8,160 nucleotides of DNA, taken from IMG/VR virus record IMGVR_UViG_2693429621_000002, positions 1 to 8,160 of that record, one strand, 5' to 3'. Shown piece by piece: positions 6,617 to 8,160 of this stretch. The stretch comes from a virus (taxonomy: Duplodnaviria > Heunggongvirae > Uroviricota > Caudoviricetes). How positions within the stretch are numbered: the stretch's first letter is position 1; every line of letters starts with the position of its first letter. The notes below the pieces were generated by a model. It made no database searches and was not told the DNA's origin. It saw nothing but the letters and a program-made list of their open reading frames with translations. A program made the position numbers and the translations under genes.

Positions 6617-6943
6617 ATGGTTTTTTCAGCATTAAATATTTATCATTCATATGGTGTGGGTAGAGTGAATATTGATGAGGCGTCGGGGTGTTTCATCCTT
6701 AGGCAGCGTATTGATATAGTCAATGCAGCACGAGCAAAGGCCTTCAGCCGTTTGACAGTTTTGTTCTGTACTCCTGATCGTCTTTCGGGAAGAGACGTTA
6801 TTATTCTGAATAGTGATGCTATACAGAGGGTTTGCGATGAGTTCATGGTTGCTAATTCAGAATTATTTGCTCTTGTTCAGGAGTACAACAGAATAGCCAG
6901 GACCTGTGGTATGGATGAACTTCGGATTACTCATCTGGGGTAG
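6617..6943 (+). CDS. hypothetical cargo protein (108 aa from first ATG; ORF track extends to TTG at 6590)
   Basis: Open frame of more than 100 codons in an AT-rich region; no clear SD. Arg codons are 6/11 AGA/AGG plus one CGA, and Ile includes 3 ATA, matching the adjacent tRNAs. No recognisable domain. Confidence 0.4.
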   Translation: MVFSALNIYHSYGVGRVNIDEASGCFILRQRIDIVNAARAKAFSRLTVLFCTPDRLSGRDVIILNSDAIQRVCDEFMVANSELFALVQEYNRIARTCGMDELRITHLG

Positions 6944-7023
6944 ATACATATCTGGATTATCACCTGTTACGGTAAAAAGTGATTGCTTACTGTTTTTGTG
7001 AATGGCATTGCAGCAGCCGGATA

Positions 7024-7110
7024 ATGTCAGTGCTGGCTGACGGTGTGCTGGTGGCGGGTGTGGTGGTTGTTGCTTTCCCGTTGCTGAAAAAGAAAACGCC
7101 AGACTGTTAG
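7024..7110 (+). CDS. possible 28-aa hydrophobic micro-protein (MSVLADGVLVAGVVVVAFPLLKKKTPDC)
   Basis: ATG with weak SD (GGA); one hydrophobic helix followed by KKK. Speculative; may be non-coding. Confidence 0.2.
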   Translation: MSVLADGVLVAGVVVVAFPLLKKKTPDC

Positions 7111-7335
7111 CCGGGTATCAGTTAGCGGGAGAAATTTTTAAATACTTCACAATTCAGGCGGTTGACTGTTGTCTGGTTTGCGGGGAGTTTGTTAAAAGAA
7201 ACTGGCATGGTGAATCCCCCTGTGCGGAGGGGCAATCAGCGAGTAGGTATATGGGATAATCGCGGATTCAGGTGCTGGTACTGAATTCACCGGGAGGCAC
7301 CCGGCACCATGCAATGGCACATAGCGCCACTCTCC

Positions 7336-7370
7336 AGCCCCTCTCCGGAGGGGCTGTTTATATTGATTTT
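7336..7370 (+). terminator. strong rho-independent terminator, + orientation
   Basis: Perfect 8-bp stem AGCCCCTC-tccg-GAGGGGCT followed by GTTTATATTGATTTT. Confidence 0.6.
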
Positions 7371-7387
7371 GTCAGATGTGAGTAAAC

Positions 7388-7421
7388 TCCTTATGGACTT
7401 TGTTGTTTTAGTCCATAAGGA
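7388..7421. promoter_or_regulatory. perfect 12-bp inverted repeat (TCCTTATGGACT-ttgttgtttt-AGTCCATAAGGA) overlapping the stop codon of the minus-strand ORF
   Basis: Read directly; on the minus-strand mRNA the last 10 codons and the stop lie inside this hairpin. Confidence 0.4.
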
Positions 7422-7726
7422 CATATTTGCAGAGTGCAACGGTTATTAAAGCATTCATTCAATACGTTATCTGTATTTGTAGGGCATTCCTGGCTATTTT
7501 TGATTGAATTCCAGAATGTTTTATTGAATGGTACTACGTTGTAAATGGTTACAGGTAGCACTTTGTTATTGAGCATGATGCCTGTGTGAGTCAGTGTAAA
7601 TATACTTTCAGGAGGTAAGAAAGCATCCGATTGATACCAGATTATTAATTTTATTTTACTCCATATGACTGAAAAAGATATTCCGCATGATGGCTGGATA
7701 ACTGTATCAATCACAATCCACTTCAT
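7391..7726 (-). CDS. hypothetical cargo protein (111 aa), antisense to the phage late operon, Cys-containing C-terminus
   Basis: ATG at 7726 with SD AAGGA 7 nt upstream; 6 of 13 Ile codons are the rare ATA (read by the adjacent tRNA-Ile2). C-terminal [25 protein letters not shown] has four Cys. No recognisable domain. Confidence 0.6.
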   Translation of the reverse strand: MKWIVIDTVIQPSCGISFSVIWSKIKLIIWYQSDAFLPPESIFTLTHTGIMLNNKVLPVTIYNVVPFNKTFWNSIKNSQECPTNTDNVLNECFNNRCTLQICPYGLKQQSP

Positions 7727-7986
7727 TTAGTTTCCTTGTTTATGCCTTGCTGGTGATGTTCTGAAAAGTATAAATGATATTTTTGAATGTAAACCATAGA
7801 GCAGAATTATTTTTCTGATGTTGTTTATTGTTTATTTAAATGCAGGGTGGTTTATATCTCGTCTTGTAGTTTATCCATGCATATCTGCTTGATAATCAGG
7901 TTTTTATTTAAGGTATGGTTTTGTGTTTTTTCTGTATTACATGTCAGGTATTTTAAAGAATTATTTTTCAGATGGTGGAAAGAACC

Positions 7987-8160
7987 ATGGCATTTAAACA
8001 CTATGATGTTGTCAGGGCGGCGCCGCCGTCAGATCTTGCGGAAAAGCTGACACATAAACTGAAAGAGGGCTGGCAGCCGTTTGGTAGTCCGGTGGCCATA
8101 ACCCCTTATACCCTGAGGTGTACTGGCAATAGCGGACACTACCATTTGTTCTTTTTTTAA
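7987..8160 (+). CDS. small prophage protein (57 aa from ATG 7987; 62 aa from ATG 7972), tentatively DUF1737-like
   Basis: SD-like GGTGGAAAG before ATG 7987; stop TAA at 8158-8160 directly after a T7 homopolymer at the window edge. Similarity to the N-terminal domain of Stx-phage NanS-p-type esterases is from memory and unverified. Confidence 0.45.
   Translation: MAFKHYDVVRAAPPSDLAEKLTHKLKEGWQPFGSPVAITPYTLRCTGNSGHYHLFFF

Noticed and set aside
6480-7971. Shiga toxin genes stxA/stxB expected after the Q and tRNA-Ile/Arg/Arg cluster
   Set aside because: No ORF here resembles StxA (about 315 aa with signal peptide) or StxB (about 89 aa). The slot holds unrelated AT-rich ORFs, so this is a stx-negative lambdoid arrangement.
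7847-8050. 67-aa plus-strand ORF in the AT-rich region upstream of the last gene
   Set aside because: Low-complexity AT-rich frame without an RBS that overlaps the better-supported 7987-8160 ORF; more likely promoter DNA for the divergent genes.

Overview
This window reads as the late-regulatory part of a lambdoid (Qin-like / Stx-phage-like) prophage from an E. coli-type genome, all on the + strand unless noted. In order: a translationally coupled three-gene cassette of unknown function (247-835), a hok/sok-type type I toxin locus (HokD/RelF-like, 1047-1202), a Rem-position ORF, a DUF968/YdfU-like protein, the RusA resolvase, and a 275-aa zinc-finger Q antiterminator followed by a PR'-like promoter and tR' terminator. 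Downstream are a small HTH-like protein, a beta-class DNA methyltransferase with no restriction partner in view, and three phage-type tRNAs (Ile2-CAU, Arg-UCG, Arg-UCU). After the tRNAs, where stx sits in Stx phages, there is no toxin gene. Instead there is an AT-rich cargo island (about 6480-7970) with two convergent unrecognised ORFs enriched in the rare codons those tRNAs read; this is the most likely place for anything undescribed. Major caveat: a 21-N scaffold gap (4129-4149) is flanked by a roughly 500-bp near-identical duplication of the Q 3' end, so the two halves of the window may come from different, related prophages. Nothing here was searched against a database; all names rest on recalled sequence and motifs.
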